A program made the position numbers and the translations under genes. DNA of 51,975 bases, filler included, from Sphacelaria rigidula (lineage: Eukaryota): assembly GCA_964200075.2 (NCBI GenBank). It is 4 parts of 4 records of this genome, joined end to end, with 100 filler letters (N's around TTAATTAATTAA, not from the genome) between each part and the next. Parts side by side here need not be neighbours in the genome. Positions count along the whole stretch, not along the records: positions 26,040 to 38,957 come from CAXNAA020003306.1; positions 39,058 to 51,975 come from CAXNAA020003307.1; 2 more parts are not named here. One strand, given 5' to 3'. Below are positions 25,940-39,483 of this stretch, piece after piece. The notes below the pieces were generated by a model. It worked only from the letters and a program-made list of their open reading frames with translations. It was not told where the DNA came from and made no database searches. The number at the start of each line of letters is the position of its first letter. Within the stretch, counting starts at the first letter, position 1.

Positions 25940-26039
25940 NNNNNNNNNNNNNNNNNNNNNNNNNNNNNNNNNNNNNNNNNNNNTTAATTAATTAANNNNN
26001 NNNNNNNNNNNNNNNNNNNNNNNNNNNNNNNNNNNNNNN
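25940..26039. other. Artificial scaffold linker
   Basis: N44-TTAATTAATTAA-N44. Confidence 0.97.
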
Positions 26040-27194
26040 TCCCAACCCCGAAACACCCCCTGCAAAAAAAGGGAAGAAAAAATAAAAAGGGAAGAAAAAA
26101 AAAGCAAAATAAAAAAAAAAAAAAAAACGAGGACGAAAAAAAAACTATAACTGGCCGGCATATGCTACATGACTTCGATGGAAAAGGTCTTGAACGGACA
26201 CTACGCTCACACCTATCCGTGTAAAAAAAAAACGTGAAAAAGATTGCGGTTCATCTACTACGACCTCACTCTTATGGGTATGAACTTCTCATCCACAAAC
26301 CCTACGGAGGTGAGACACCAAACTGCTCGTGCATACACCGGAAGGAGAAAATACATACCCAGAATATTAGGGAACATAGAGAGAACATAGAAGACTACAG
26401 AAGTGGTGAAACGCGGAGGACACACAATATCAGAGCGGGTACAAACACACATGAGGGGAAACCACTGAACCACCGACCAGAGATAAAATCAACAACCGAG
26501 AGGGACAGGCGGGGGTCTGGGGGTGGGGGGGATTAGTAAGATCCACTCTGTAGACGGTTTGATATATAAATATATGTTGGCTTATACAACACGGCGACGA
26601 CCCGCGACATACAACATATATTTACCGGACAAGATCCTGGTGCAAGAGCCGGGTCGACACGTTTTTTCATTCTCTTCTTTTTTAAGCGAGGAAACCTGAC
26701 CCACCACTTACCCCGCTAGCGGCTTCGCGTGCCGAGTACCCTACCCGCACGGTCGACAGGTTTTGGGGCAACCACCTACGGACCTGTGCAAAGATGTAAT
26801 ATGTACTGGTCGTTTTAGTTAGTGTGGTGCGGTTCTTATTCAAGCGTCACAACTTGTGCTCGAGTTCTTACATTTTGAGATTCTGAAGCTCAAGTTCTCA
26901 ACTGTCAGTTGTTTTATAGTGATGGCGCCATACCTGTATGCTGAGGTCCGAAAAAAATATATAGCCAGTCACGTACGGTTCCGATACATGTTCGGACAAT
27001 ATCTTCCGTCGGTAAGTGCACCATCATATGTTGATATCGTGAGTAATGCATTCGATGCCAAGAAAGCGCAATATACATGTTGATCATAACTCAAACGCAG
27101 TATATATATATATATATTGTGACAATTCGATAACGAGCGTGAGTTGTGGTCAACGCCTATATTTCGCTCTTGTCCCATGAGGGTATCTTTCCAC

Positions 27195-27420
27195 GGGTCG
27201 GAGGAATCAAAGATTTGTCTGGAAATTCGCATGAACCAATCCTTAGGCTTTGTTTTCAGCGTTGCGTGCCAGGTACGCGCAATCCTGGCACGTAGAATAG
27301 CGCGAACATTGAGTGGAGACCTTCATGACCAAGGGTCAATTTTTTTCTCTCGTTCGAGCAATCAGGTCTGAAAAATCGTGGATTTGGTGATTCGAACCGG
27401 AGATGATTCGTCCGAATAGT
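27195..27420. mobile_element. MITE family B copy (others ~32294-32500 inverted and ~37140-37385)
   Basis: Shared core GAGCAATCAGGTCT.AAAATCGTGGATTTGGTGATTCGAAC and short TIR-like ends TCGGAGGAATCA / TGATTCGTCCGA. Confidence 0.6.
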
Positions 27421-28537
27421 GCATCCTTTCCCCTGAAGATACGTGTGAAGCGAACGAAGACCTTTCCAAATACTAGAATGAGGGGAGTTGGGGGCGGGGG
27501 TTCTAGTCATCTCGACTCTTAAATTACATGCTCTGTTTTTGTCTACCCTTAAGGCTACCCGACCCCGACTCCAAGGCAGACCGATAACCGTCGGGAACCG
27601 AAAGATACAGTGCCCTAGGCAAATGGTATATTAGCACAAAGGCGTTCTGTGAGGACAGTGGTCGTGCCCTTGGAATTATGAGCCCTGGAGATATCTCAAG
27701 ATGATGGCTGATAGTGAATCTCGAAGTATTGTTTAACCCCAGCTTTGGAGCGCCGAATTGGAGTGAACTCTCCGCCAATACTGGGTGAAAACCACATCTG
27801 CGGTCTCGTCCTAATTCTTCTCCCATGAAGGGGGTTGTTAAAACAGGGGCCGGGCGTGGATACGTGAATCCAGGCGTGAAGGGGCCACACGTGTGCAGTA
27901 GGGGCAGTCCGCGTTACGGATTGACCTGTAACTGTGTGTGGTTTGAACGCGCGCCCCCCGCCCCGTAAAGCAAAGCGGGAATATCGTGAGACATGATTTG
28001 GTTTGTGACGATTTCCTGTACACGAGAAAACAACGATATCGATCGGTCTCGATCGATATGACTTCCTGTTCTCAGACGAGACTCCTGCTCTGGAACATCG
28101 CAGTGCAAGGGGAACAAATTTCCAGTCAGCCGTATAATGCGTCGTGAAATAAAAAAATAAATCGACAATGGTGTCATACTACAGTGCACTTGATGGCTGA
28201 TCACACCTTGGACAACTTATCACATTGTCGAAAAATATACTGCGTACAGTATGGGATCTATGGTCTATTGCCATAGACGCAATAGTCCATACTGTATGCA
28301 CCACATCTTTTGGCAATGTCATCTATTGTCCAACGTGTGTAGCCGATTGCCCCGGTGGCTCGGGTGGTATCCTCGAAAGTTCATGACGGTTTGGACGGAG
28401 GTTCGAATCTCCGTGAAGTCACACGATCTGTGTTTTTCCTTACTTTTTTTTTCACACCATACCCAACAGTGGAGAACGACTATATCATGGGTACACAAAG
28501 TTCGACTTCACGGTCAACGAGGGAAAGGGATTGGGAC

Positions 28538-29912
28538 TAGAGCCTGGTATCAAATAAACTTTTCGAGATATAGTGTATCTATATTATATACCCCTCCGGG
28601 AAAAGGTGATATGATGATGAAATAAGAAATAAGCTGCTATTTAACCTTTTGGGAACATGATAATAATGTGGTGTATTACATATATAGTCCCTGCATATAT
28701 AGGTCGCGTTTTGCAGTGATACTCTCGCATCTGTGTACCTGTCGCCATGTCACATCAGTACCTGCCGTTGGTTGGGAACTGTGCCCAGTGTGGCAATTGT
28801 ATTGGTGACTCCACCAAACGCACCTGCTCCGAGGTTATATTTACAAAATGTTAATATTCGTGAGATTCAGAGCGTAATATCGGATTCAGAGTGGATGCTC
28901 TAGCATTCCTTACAGGATTTTTTTTTTCTTTTTGCTTGAGCACACGTCCTGTGCATGCAGCTACCGTACAGTGCCCCATTCGAGGAATTCGGCGGTCTGG
29001 TTGGTGAGATACCGCACAAAGCATTTTTACGCCTGGGGGGCCATTTCGGAAGTGAAACTGTTTCAGGCACTCATCGTTTTTTCCCGAAAAAGGGGATCTT
29101 CTGTTGCAATGCACTGACAACGTCGTTGCGATCAAGTGATGTGTCAAATTGATCGTGTAGGTGACAGCTTTCATCGAAGCCACCGCTTCACCAGCTGGGC
29201 GCATTACTCCTCGAACTGTGGCAATGTCAAAATCGACGGGAAAGTCAATTGATTCGGGTCTCCCTCTGAATCCGATGTTACACTCTGAAGCTCACGAATT
29301 TAGTGTTGTATGTGGTGAAGTGCAGACGTGCAAACGTAGAGACAGCAGTAGCATTGCGATCAATAACGACAATGACATGCATCATAAGAATATTCATGTT
29401 CCTTTTTTATTATTGCTGGCGCCCCACACGTAATCCCTCCTCCGACCTTCAGATCATATCACAGGTCAGGCGGCAGGCTGCTATTATGACACAATGCTCC
29501 TTCGGCCGACTACAACCGGACGAACCCCGACCGAAAAATCAAACCAAAAAAAGAAAAACTGCAGCAAATCAAAACATCGAAAATTCAGATGCAAGGAAAA
29601 AAACACTGGAAGCTCGATTCACCGATATAAGCCGATATATTACGTGCATCACGTAATGCAGTCTTATATACAGAGTAGATCACCTGATATATAGGCAACA
29701 AACTGTTCAGTATCACCTGATATAGACCTATATATCATATACCCTTCTATTCACATTTTGCTGAAAAAGCTCCATATAGGGTATATGAAATAAAGTCATA
29801 AAAATAAAATTTTATATCATTTACCCTCCGAAAAACATGACTAAGGTATACGAAATACCATATAGTATAGAGGGGTATATATAGGCTAGGCCTATTTCTA
29901 TACCAGGCTTTA
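28538..29912. mobile_element. Non-autonomous hAT-superfamily DNA transposon (1375 bp)
   Basis: TIRs TAGAGCCTGGTAT / ATACCAGGCTTTA. Perfect 8-bp target-site duplication ATTGGGAC at 28530-28537 and 29913-29920. Confidence 0.85.
28852..29303. mobile_element. MITE nested within the hAT element
   Basis: ~40-bp imperfect TIRs ATTCGTGAGATTCAGAGCGTAATATCGGATTCAGAG / CTCTGAATCCGATGTTACACTCTGAAGCTCACGAAT. Confidence 0.65.
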
Positions 29913-30826
29913 ATTGGGACCGCTGAATCCTTATAGCGATAGAAAATAAGGCGAGCACAGCACAAGGAAGGTGGAGCGCTAAAAAACAAAAGAACAAATA
30001 AATTGCTCGGCTTTGAGCTGCCCCTGTGACCCCGGTTGATACGTCCATAAAGACCACGCCCTAGACAATGACAACATATGGCCGAAAGATGCAACAGACA
30101 AAACATATACTGGGTGAAGTACAGGCCTACTACAACTATTGAGGACCGGCAATAGTTACAATAGGACTATCCTTTGCCCAGTACATTTTCGTCTATCGCA
30201 TCTGTTGACCACATTTTGTCCAGGGTGTGATGAAACACCGAAAGGTGTAGACTGGCGTTCAGAATATACAGGATGACAACACAACGTACACCAACACTTG
30301 ATGGGCCGGGGAAAAAAGAGGGGCTCTCCAACGGCAAGTACAAGCACAGTACGGTGTTTGCAATTGAATACTAGATTCCGAGAGGACACAAGCGTGATTA
30401 TCTAAATCTATCACAATGGCATGGGAATATAATAGTAGCGTTCAAACTTTGATTACGAAGGGTGTGGGATCTTCACGGTAGGAGCAACCATATACAAAAA
30501 CACACGAAGTGTGCATGCATGCGGCTCGAATAAACTACGTCGCGGTCGAACAGTTAACCCTTTGACCGCCAGCATGGGTCATCTGTTGACTCGGCATCAA
30601 TTTCACTTGAAAAGTAAATGCATGACCAACCTCCGCGGTCAAGAGGTCAAGGCAAAGCGAACGGCCGTCCTTTACCAATTCTTCACGAGCAATGAAAAAA
30701 CAAACTGTAACTGCGTGCCATTTGCACCCCTTCAACTTACAACAAAAAAGAACGGCGCCAATCATCAACCATCAATAACCGAAGTGATGAAGAAGGCCTC
30801 TTCATACTTGTCCCTCACTATTTCAC

Positions 30827-33802
30827 CTGCTCTACCCCAGAGATCTCCTCCGCCATTCTAGAGACGGCCACGCTGCACGAGATCTCCGCTGATCCACCAC
30901 CGTAGACGATGCGCTTGTCCTTGATCAGGTTGCGCACCACGCACATGGCGTCGTGTAGCGAGCGTTTCGCTTCTTCGACTATCATCTATCAATCAATACC
31001 ACACGGGGAAAGGACAGCAATAATGGGACGGAGGTATTGGAGGGGAGGGGGGCAGGGTGACAACATGATCTTCATGAAACACAAACAAAACAGAGATACA
31101 ACAATGAAGATCCAAACAGTTTATACGGGGGAGTTGTGGTTTGTATACTGGAGGGATCAACCACTGTCGACTTCTGATTTCTGGAAAATAACTGGCAACG
31201 GAACAAATATACTTGAAATGAGAAATGAGGGAGCATGACACATGTACACGCGGCGCCAAAGCAGGTGAGAGAAACTCCAACCAGGCGCTGTGAAAAAAAA
31301 ATAACCACCCCACATTTAGCACATTCTTCATATCAGCCAACAGTAGTTTCCACCTTTGAAAGCACAAGGACGTGATTAGCCAAAAACAAACTGAAAACAC
31401 ACCAGCGTTGCAGTCCCATACAACAAGCCGTCTACCTTCATGTTTACTACAAACCGAAAAGTACGACACTAGGTACGGTCCAGTAATTTCTACCCAAGAA
31501 AATCGACTGTTCTACGCCTGGACGCTGACAGAAATTGAATCTGAAGCGGCACATATTGGAGTACCCTTCCTCCCCGTCCTCCACCATGAAAGCCTCGAGG
31601 ATTTCGGAGGAGCCTTCCCTGTGCAGCATCCTCCGTTGAAATTTTGGTGTACGGCCGAAAGCGCAGCACAATATATTGTTAATATCACGAACTGCGCCTT
31701 ACAACCCGACCCTACCCTGTCCGCCAGTAAAAACATGTTGTGCAGTATAACTCGGTTGTCCAGACAGCGCACTGTTTGTCATCGCACGTAATAAGCGCCA
31801 CAACACCCCAGTAGACTACCGGTGTACCATCGAAAACGTGCAAGGGGTCGAGGCTAGTTGACTGGCGTTGGGTTACAAATGTCCATGGTTGACACAATTG
31901 TACAAGTATCGCTACCCCTGACCTTGACCCCAACCCAACGCGTACCGAGAACCCTCGGGCGAGGGCGACCTTTGTAGACCCCAAATCGGCGCCCGTGGCG
32001 CCGATTTCAACGAAAACGCGTTCTGCGCACGCGAGGAGCAAACGGGACCGTCAGCCCTGCTCAAGCCTTTGTGAACTAGGGTGGTGGTTTTTGTTCGTGA
32101 ATCATTGTGAATCGGGATCATTTTGACTTGAAAATGACTGAAGATGATGCCGATCCACAGAAACAAAAATCAGCACTCCCTGGAGGGGTCTACTTCCCAA
32201 AGGGTTGACATCCGATTTTCGTTGTACACACTCGAATCAAGTCATATCAACCATGTACAATTGTAGCCCAACGCCGGTAAACTCTACTCAAAGAGTCGGA
32301 CAAATCATCGCTTGTTCGAATCACCAAATCTACGATTTCTGAGGCCTGATTGCTCGAAAAAGATGGGAAAAAAACGTGAAGCGCGGATCGAAAAGGTCTC
32401 ATGCATTTTCTTGCGTTATCCTACGTGCCTGTGGTGCGCGCACCTGCGGGTGCAGCAGTGCAACGCTGAAAAACAAAGCCCAAGAGTTGATACGTACGGT
32501 AAATGCAACTATTCATCATATCACTCGTTACTCAACCGACCTTGAAAACGTGCCAACAAGTGGTATACATGTTTTTTTTTTTGCAACTGACGCGGTCATG
32601 TCTTCATACACAAGGCATCGAGTGCACCGGTGCGCCAAGTAAGCAAAAGCGACGTTGGACGCACGTGAAATACCTCTACCCATGACGACGCGGAATGACG
32701 ATTGCTGCGTTCCCACTCTGACGGATGGAAAGCAAACGGTCGATCAAGGTGTTCCAGTTTAGTGCGCGATCTATTTTGAATGTAGAGTGCTTCGCGTACC
32801 ACAAACTTCTACTCCTTTTCCCCATCTTGGCTGGGGGCTGTCTGTCAGCCGGCGATAAAGTCCCGAAAGGGGGTGTCGCGCTAGAAGATCCAATAAGCAA
32901 AAGGCTTCGCAGTCGAGGGGACATGAACACTGGGGAATAAAAATGCATAATGCCCTTCACTATTAAAAAAACAAGGAAAAGCGACTGAAGGCAGGTAGCG
33001 GCTCAAAGTGAGTGCCGCAGTCTAATGCCTATATAAAACTCACGAGACTGTCAAAGAACGAAAACACGGGACATAAAAAACATGAGTATTCTGCACAAGG
33101 GGTCAAACGAGAAAGAAGAAAAATTCGGATGGGGGCAGTATTTTGTTTTATTTCAAAAGCTAACCCCTTGCTTAAAAAAACAAACAAAAAAAAAACGCAC
33201 ACACACACGCACAAGAATGTATATCATGTTGATTTTCGAACATTTATACTCTCTGTTGTGAGCGGTGGTCACAACATATGGTAGATGTACACAAAATACA
33301 ACAGACGCCAAACTAAGAGCTGCTTCAGACGAACGAGTGATACCGCGATAACCCACTCCCACACCAGCCCCCAACACTAGCACGAAGAAAATGGTCATAC
33401 AGCGCATGATAGCTGGTTTCAAACTCCATCAACCCTCAGACTACGATGCGGGAAGTCCGACCGACACATTCATTTGTCAAGTGAAATTGATGCCGAATTA
33501 GCAGGTGACCTATACTCTCGCGGTCAGAGGGCTAAGGCCCTCAAATGGGCAATGTTGAAAAAGTGATCCCAAGCATGGGAGTTCCCAGCTGCTCGGTGTG
33601 CTCGGCTTTTGTCATCTTGGTTTACATGTACATTTTGCCTCCTCGAATCAGCCATTTTCGAGACGGAGCAGGGGGGGGGGGGGGGGGGGGCCGGGATTTT
33701 CTTTTTCTTTTCCGGAAAAAACCTTATGTGCCTCTGGCCAAGNNNNNNNNNNTGGTTTTTGTTTTTTTTTTGTTTTTTTTTTCGCCCCTCGCGCCCGGGC
33801 AA

Positions 33803-33845
<43 letters not shown>

Positions 33846-36800
33846 ATCGCGATATTACTCTTCCTTTCCGAGAAAAATCCTGATGTGCTACTGCCAAGGC
33901 GCCAGGCAAGGACGTCGTACAAAAAAGCAAGGCCCTGAAAGCATATCTCAGTATGAACTTCGGGGGTAACACTCGAGCTCCCACCGCAATTTGGTCAAAA
34001 TCACTCGCACCAGCGTTCGATCATTTGTATACTCATATCAAGTAGTTACACTACATACCAGCATAGGGCGGGTTCTCCTCCCAGAGGTCATGCATCCGGG
34101 CCTGTGACCCAGCGGACGTCGCCGCTTGGATCCCTATGGACTGTAGATAAACCAGTGATTGAAATAACCTTTACCTTGTTTCCCCCACGAACGAGCACGG
34201 TCACCGCCGAGGAGTTGGCGCAGTCTTCGATGACGAACATGCGTTCCTTGGTCGTGCCGAAGTGCACCTCGCGTACCGCGCCCGCCTTGCCCAGCTTCGC
34301 CTCCGTCAACTCGCTGTGAAACCCGACCGCCGAGTCATTATCCATCCATAGCACACCCATGCACATCGTGTCCCACGTTGATGTGAACAGGTGTAAGGAA
34401 TGCCGGTAGGTTGTTCGATGGGTATTTTCACATACATAAATGTATTACAGAGGAGCAGAAGAGAGGACAACAACAAAAAAGTGAAAGAGAGGTTTACATT
34501 GTGAATTTAAGGATAAAAAACACAGCAGTGACAAATATAAAAATGGGCAATCACACCAACCTCCCTCCCTAACTCCCCCCCCCCCCTTTCAAGCGTTGGC
34601 GTCGGTTGGCAATGACGCTGTAAAACATGTCACCCACTGCGTGAAGTGGGCAACCAGGTTACCGTTTTCTGTCTCGCTTGCGTTTTTATGCCGTGACCAT
34701 GATGGTGGTCGGATTAGATCACAGTTTGATGGGTGGAGAACCCACCGAACTCCGCGGAAAAGGGATGATCGTCCTACTACGCAGTGTTTCAATTGTGAGA
34801 CATCCCTGAGGCAGTGTGTAACCCGTGGCTGTCTCTGAAAGTGGCTCGATACTTCTCGCGACATGCGAAATCAAAAATACCTAAAGCGAAGGGTTCTTCA
34901 TAACAATCAAACGCTGTACTGTACTTCCCGCCTCTGCTGGAATTTGATTGTCGCACGATCACTGATCTACCACGAATCCAGCGATAGCCATTCCCCACAA
35001 GAAGACGAAGGAATGCGAGGAGCTTGGGATACTTCTACATTTCGGACAGCTTATGAGATACCGAAAATAATTCATCAAGGAATATTCTCAGATCCGTTGG
35101 TAACAAAACAAAAACACATAGAACGTGACAGCGGGGTCAGAGAAGCAAAAGCGCAACCATTTCAAGCTTTGCGCTACTCCGCGTGCTCGACGTCCGGTCC
35201 TGTAGGGAGCATATATGGAACAATGGGCCAAGTGAACTAGGTCATGATCCGGATCGGTATACTTACAAGAAGATGCATTTCAGGTAGCTCACACGACGTG
35301 TCGACGAGTGGATGTTTTGTACTGCGGGAGGATTCGCGCGTCAACCTTTGTCTGACGGTTCAGTCATCACCCATCAAGTGAAATTGTTGACTTGTTTCCG
35401 CATCGGTAAATAGATAGATGCATACAATACACCTACCTGGGCGATCGAAGAAATAGAGAGAGTTATTGAACATCCCGAGTCACAAATGTTTGCACTTGCC
35501 ACTCTGTACGTATTTTTGTTGAGTCAAGTCAAGTCAAGTCAAGTCGTGCTAAAATACAAGTGGTATATGAAGCTTATTTGATTTGTTGAAACTATCTTAC
35601 TCTTCTTATCATTTATATTATAGGGAGTAGTAGTAGTAGTAGTAGTAGCAGTAGTATTTGCTTTTGATTACAGGGTCCGAATCGTGGCAATCGAATCGTG
35701 AAAAGGGCCTTGACATATTTTCCATTTTTTCATTATTCTGAGTATCATCAGTATCATCATCACCATGATCATTACATGCTGTGAATTTCGGTACCTGAAT
35801 CGTGGCATCATAAACATCAACATTATTATCATCATTTGCTTTCGATCACAGTACCTGAATCGCGGCACGATGCGCGCTCCCGTGGCGATTGCAATAAGCT
35901 CCAGCTCCATACCTCCGACCCAACGAACCGCAGGCAGCTTGTTCTGCAGCAGAAGGTGATTCGCCTCGTCGTCGAAGCCCCACTGGCAGATGACCTACAC
36001 AGCAGTAACGGTGTAGCAGCAAGACGACACCATGATTGGGAGACAAGGATGGAAAATAGATGAGACTCAAAAGCGTTTCCGGAGACAGACACCACGAGAA
36101 GGGTAGGAATGGGAGGAGTGCTAACAACGTTCTCGTGATATCGAGAGTAGAGGGTACGATTGAGAGTGAAAAGCGGTTAATGAGTGAATTAATCGTTTCA
36201 GTTCCGAAATATCCCTCCCCGAGGCCCGATATGCCTACTGTAGTAGCTCGCCACTGGGGCCCTTGATATCCCTGAGTAGGATATCGACATGTAGCTGAAA
36301 GCACACGCCAGTGATGGGAGCAAAGAAAAGCACACACTGAAAAAAAGAATGGCCAAGCTAAAGCGCATGATCGAAACCACCTTCAGGCAGCCCTCTACTC
36401 TCAATCTCACAAAAACGTTGTTTGCTGCCACTGAGCTCGAAAATGATAATCGTTGGGGCGTCGGCGTCGGCGTCGGCGGGGGCGGGGGCGGGGGGCATAC
36501 TCATTTGTTGCTTGCGTTAGTCGTTTGACCATTGACCACGCATCCCATTCGAGACGGAGCACCGTTCCTCCCCTAATAGAGACACCTTCAACATTCCGGC
36601 GCTCATTGCGTTTTTTCCATATATTGCACAAAAGCCCTTCACAAATCTTATCCCCCGGGGCGGGGGGTTATACCCTGTCACATCCAGTACCTCCGCTTCT
36701 TCGACTTGTGTCGCCCGGCGTCCATCAAACGACGAGTTAAGCGACATCCACTCACGAGATTCGCCCCCGCGTCCTTGCATTGTTGCACCATGTCTGCGAA

Positions 36801-36938
36801 ATACTTCTGCTCGCGCTCGAACAGCTTGTCGTACGCATCCTTGGAGACGATGTCCAGCTTGTGCTTCGTCTTGGGCTTAGGCGGCTCGAAGGGACACGTC
36901 AACAGGCACAGCTTCGCATCCTTGATCGTCTTGGGCAT
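30827..36938 (-). CDS. CCT5: T-complex protein 1 subunit epsilon (CCT5), four internal exons; 5' and 3' exons outside this segment
   Basis: Exons 36756-36938 ([30 protein letters not shown]...AGANL), 35855-35994 ([46 protein letters not shown]), 34175-34313 ([12 protein letters not shown]...[10 protein letters not shown]) and 30827-30985 ([37 protein letters not shown]...GVEQ). All GT-AG and in phase; CCT-epsilon signature motifs. Confidence 0.95.
33342..33853. mobile_element. MITE family A copy (interrupted; includes a 10-N gap and G homopolymers)
   Basis: Core matches 9573-9798. Ends CCGCGATAACCC / GGGGTATCGCGA. Confidence 0.6.
36120..36425. mobile_element. MITE family C copy (related half copy at ~41830-41940)
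   Basis: Terminal inverted similarity AACAACGTTCTCGTGATATCGAGAGTAGAGGG / CCCTCTACTCTCAATCTCACAAAAACGTTGTT. Internal GTTTCAGTTCCGAAATATC is inverted at 41847-41866. Confidence 0.6.
36496..36665 (-). mobile_element. LINE 3' fragment (another at 37710-37785)
   Basis: Matches 21023-21180 (encodes [23 protein letters not shown] in one frame). Confidence 0.7.
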
Positions 36939-37949
36939 CTGCAAAAAGTCCCAAAACACGCAACGCAACGCAACGCAACGCACAAGAGTTCCTCTTGTTG
37001 AAAAAATAGTCCCGTGACTGCTTGCAAGGGGAGTTAATCAAATATCAGCGCTTAATTGTGCGATACTGTGGTGGCCAGATACGTGGAGATTGAGTATGGT
37101 GGTGCACATCCAGTGTGTAAAGCTGGTTTCCTGACAGGGTACAATGGACGATGATTCGTCTGAAAAGTACTTGATTTCAAGTGTAATTGATTCGTACTGC
37201 ACGAATCAATCCTTGGGCCTTGTCCTCAGCGTTGCACCCGAGGCAGGCGGACTCCAGGCACGTGGAATAACGCAAAAAAGTTACATACAGTAGATATGTT
37301 ATTGACCCGCGGTCAACTTCTTTCTTCCATATTTTGAGCAATCAGGTCTCAGAATTTGTTTCCAATGATTATCCGTCCAACCCTTGAAATCCCACTTGTA
37401 ATGATATAACTATACTTTTCGACCGCGGGTCTGAAGAACTGGCTTATGTGATGGTTGGACCACAAACAAAAAAGATACATACACCGCGTTTCAGGAAATA
37501 CCTCCTACATGAAACTCTCGAGTCGTGGATTATTTCAAAACAAGTGCGCCCGTAAAAAGCATACCCGCACATATGATGAATCACTTAAATGTATGCAGGC
37601 ATCCTCAATATATGAATAGGTCCATCTGCTGTATCGGCGCTCCTACGATCGAAATCCTGTCGGATACCCCGCCAAAGAAGGGGCTAATAGGCGAGCGGCA
37701 GAGAAGTGGGGCGCACTCGTTTGTTGCTTGCCTTGGTCATTCGACCATCGACCACGTATCCCTTTCGAGACGGAGCACCATTCGGAAAGTAGGGGGGCGT
37801 GCACGATTCAAACGGGGTTGACGCAATAAACAAGCTACATATTTGTGCTTGCCCCCCTTGCGATTAGCGTGAGATGAATCCGTGGCGGCTGGCCTCCCTC
37901 CGTCGGCCTTGCCATCGTTATATGTAAGCTACACACGCTGTAAGCTACA

Positions 37950-38203
37950 TTTTTGACGACAGACCCCCCCTCCCCCCCCAAAAAGTCCAAAAAGTGTCAC
38001 GAAAAAATGGCCATACAGCGTCTGATGTTTGGGTTCAGGCCGCATGAAGCACCTCATATGGGCGACATCGGCGAGAACGAACCCAAGTGTGGGAATTCCC
38101 AGCTGTTCGTTGTGCTGGGCTTTTTCCACTTCGATTTACGTGAAGATTTTGCCTCCCCAAACCAGAAACTTTTGTTTTTTTGGGGGGGTCGGGGGTATCG
38201 TAG
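37950..38203. mobile_element. MITE family A copy
   Basis: Core CATGAAGCACCTCATATGGGCGACATCGG...CCCAAGTGTGGGAATTCCCAGCTG matches 9657-9730. Confidence 0.65.
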
Positions 38204-38957
38204 AAAGTGTCAGATACAGACTGTGTGAGCCGAATCTGGTGCTCGTCGATGAAAGGACGAGTATGAGAGTAGTGAATAAAGTTTGTCCGACGAGGGTCGA
38301 CGCAGGGCGTGAGTGTTGATCCGACCCGCGATGATACCGAATGTCAGGCAGGTGCATACAGGGGTAGAGATGGGTTGATGAGTCTCCTTGGGTAGGGGGG
38401 GGAAGCTACGCAGTCGTTATGAAGTTGGAAGGTTACATATAACCTAATCTACAATTATCGTAATTCATGGCTATTGGTTATACATCTCGTCCAATAACCA
38501 TTTAATGCTAGATCCCATGGATGCCGATCTAGCAGCTCAAGTAGGAGAACTCTTTGTTCACACCGCCTCACCGAGCGATTTTGCTTGTTACGAGACGCTT
38601 GAAGTAAACGCTGATTATTTGCTCGCATTTGCACTACTTCATACCCGCCTCATCACCTCCGCCCCCCAGTAAAAACATGTAGATAGATGAGGTTATGCGC
38701 GTCAATCTGGAAATGGAATCAAACGTGTTTGTCAACCTAAAACATGACTCAGAATAGCTCGTCAACGCGCAACTGCTTCCTCCTTCTCGTGACATGTACA
38801 TACACGAATACATTAGGGGTTCTCATGCAAAAGAGGAAAGACGCAGGGGGGCAAGGGACTTCACATGAGAGTATTTCGCGTAACCTCTCAACCATTAGGG
38901 AACTAGACCCCCAGGGAGTGCTGATTTTTGTTTCTGTGAATCGGCATCATTTTCAGT

Positions 38958-39057
38958 NNNNNNNNNNNNNNNNNNNNNNNNNNNNNNNNNNNNNNNNNNN
39001 NTTAATTAATTAANNNNNNNNNNNNNNNNNNNNNNNNNNNNNNNNNNNNNNNNNNNN
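38958..39057. other. Artificial scaffold linker
   Basis: N44-TTAATTAATTAA-N44. Confidence 0.97.
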
Positions 39058-39483
39058 GTAAAACGACGTAAAAGCTCCAAAAATACATTTTTCTGGGTTT
39101 TTATTTTTGTCTATTATAAGAAGCGACCTTATGCAGCAAATGTCACGATAACATTAAAGCAAAGCAGTTGAGAACAATTGGACATTGCCTTGGTCTTAGT
39201 CAGCAGCGAAAACAAGACCGGGCAATGAGCCGTTGGCGAGTTGAACAAGGCACACACGTGGGCAAACGTCCTCACTTTGGATCAGCTGTGCTCGACAAGC
39301 GCAGGGGGGTGACGAAATCCCTGTAGTTATGCAACCCGTAAGAGAGAGTTCCCTCAAGGGATGCACCTGTGTGAAGTACCGGCGCAGGAATGTTCTTGTG
39401 ACAGGGATGACAGAGATGTCTTTCTGATCAGGATGCATCCCTGCACAAGTACTTCACAGAGGGGACTTGAAGAAATGTACGTA

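Larger units (their letters stand above)
28340..30060 (+). mobile_element. tRNA-derived SINE copy split by a hAT insertion
   Basis: The 5' half 28340-28537 (A-box GGTGGCTCGGGTGG, B-box GGTTCGAATCTCC) and the 3' half from 29913 are colinear with the SINE at 19411-19792. Confidence 0.75.

Noticed and set aside
33670..33845. Long G runs as functional G-quadruplex or poly-Gly/Pro ORFs (also 12853-12920)
   Set aside because: They border N gaps or scaffold ends and are likely sequencing or assembly artefacts on top of a MITE end.
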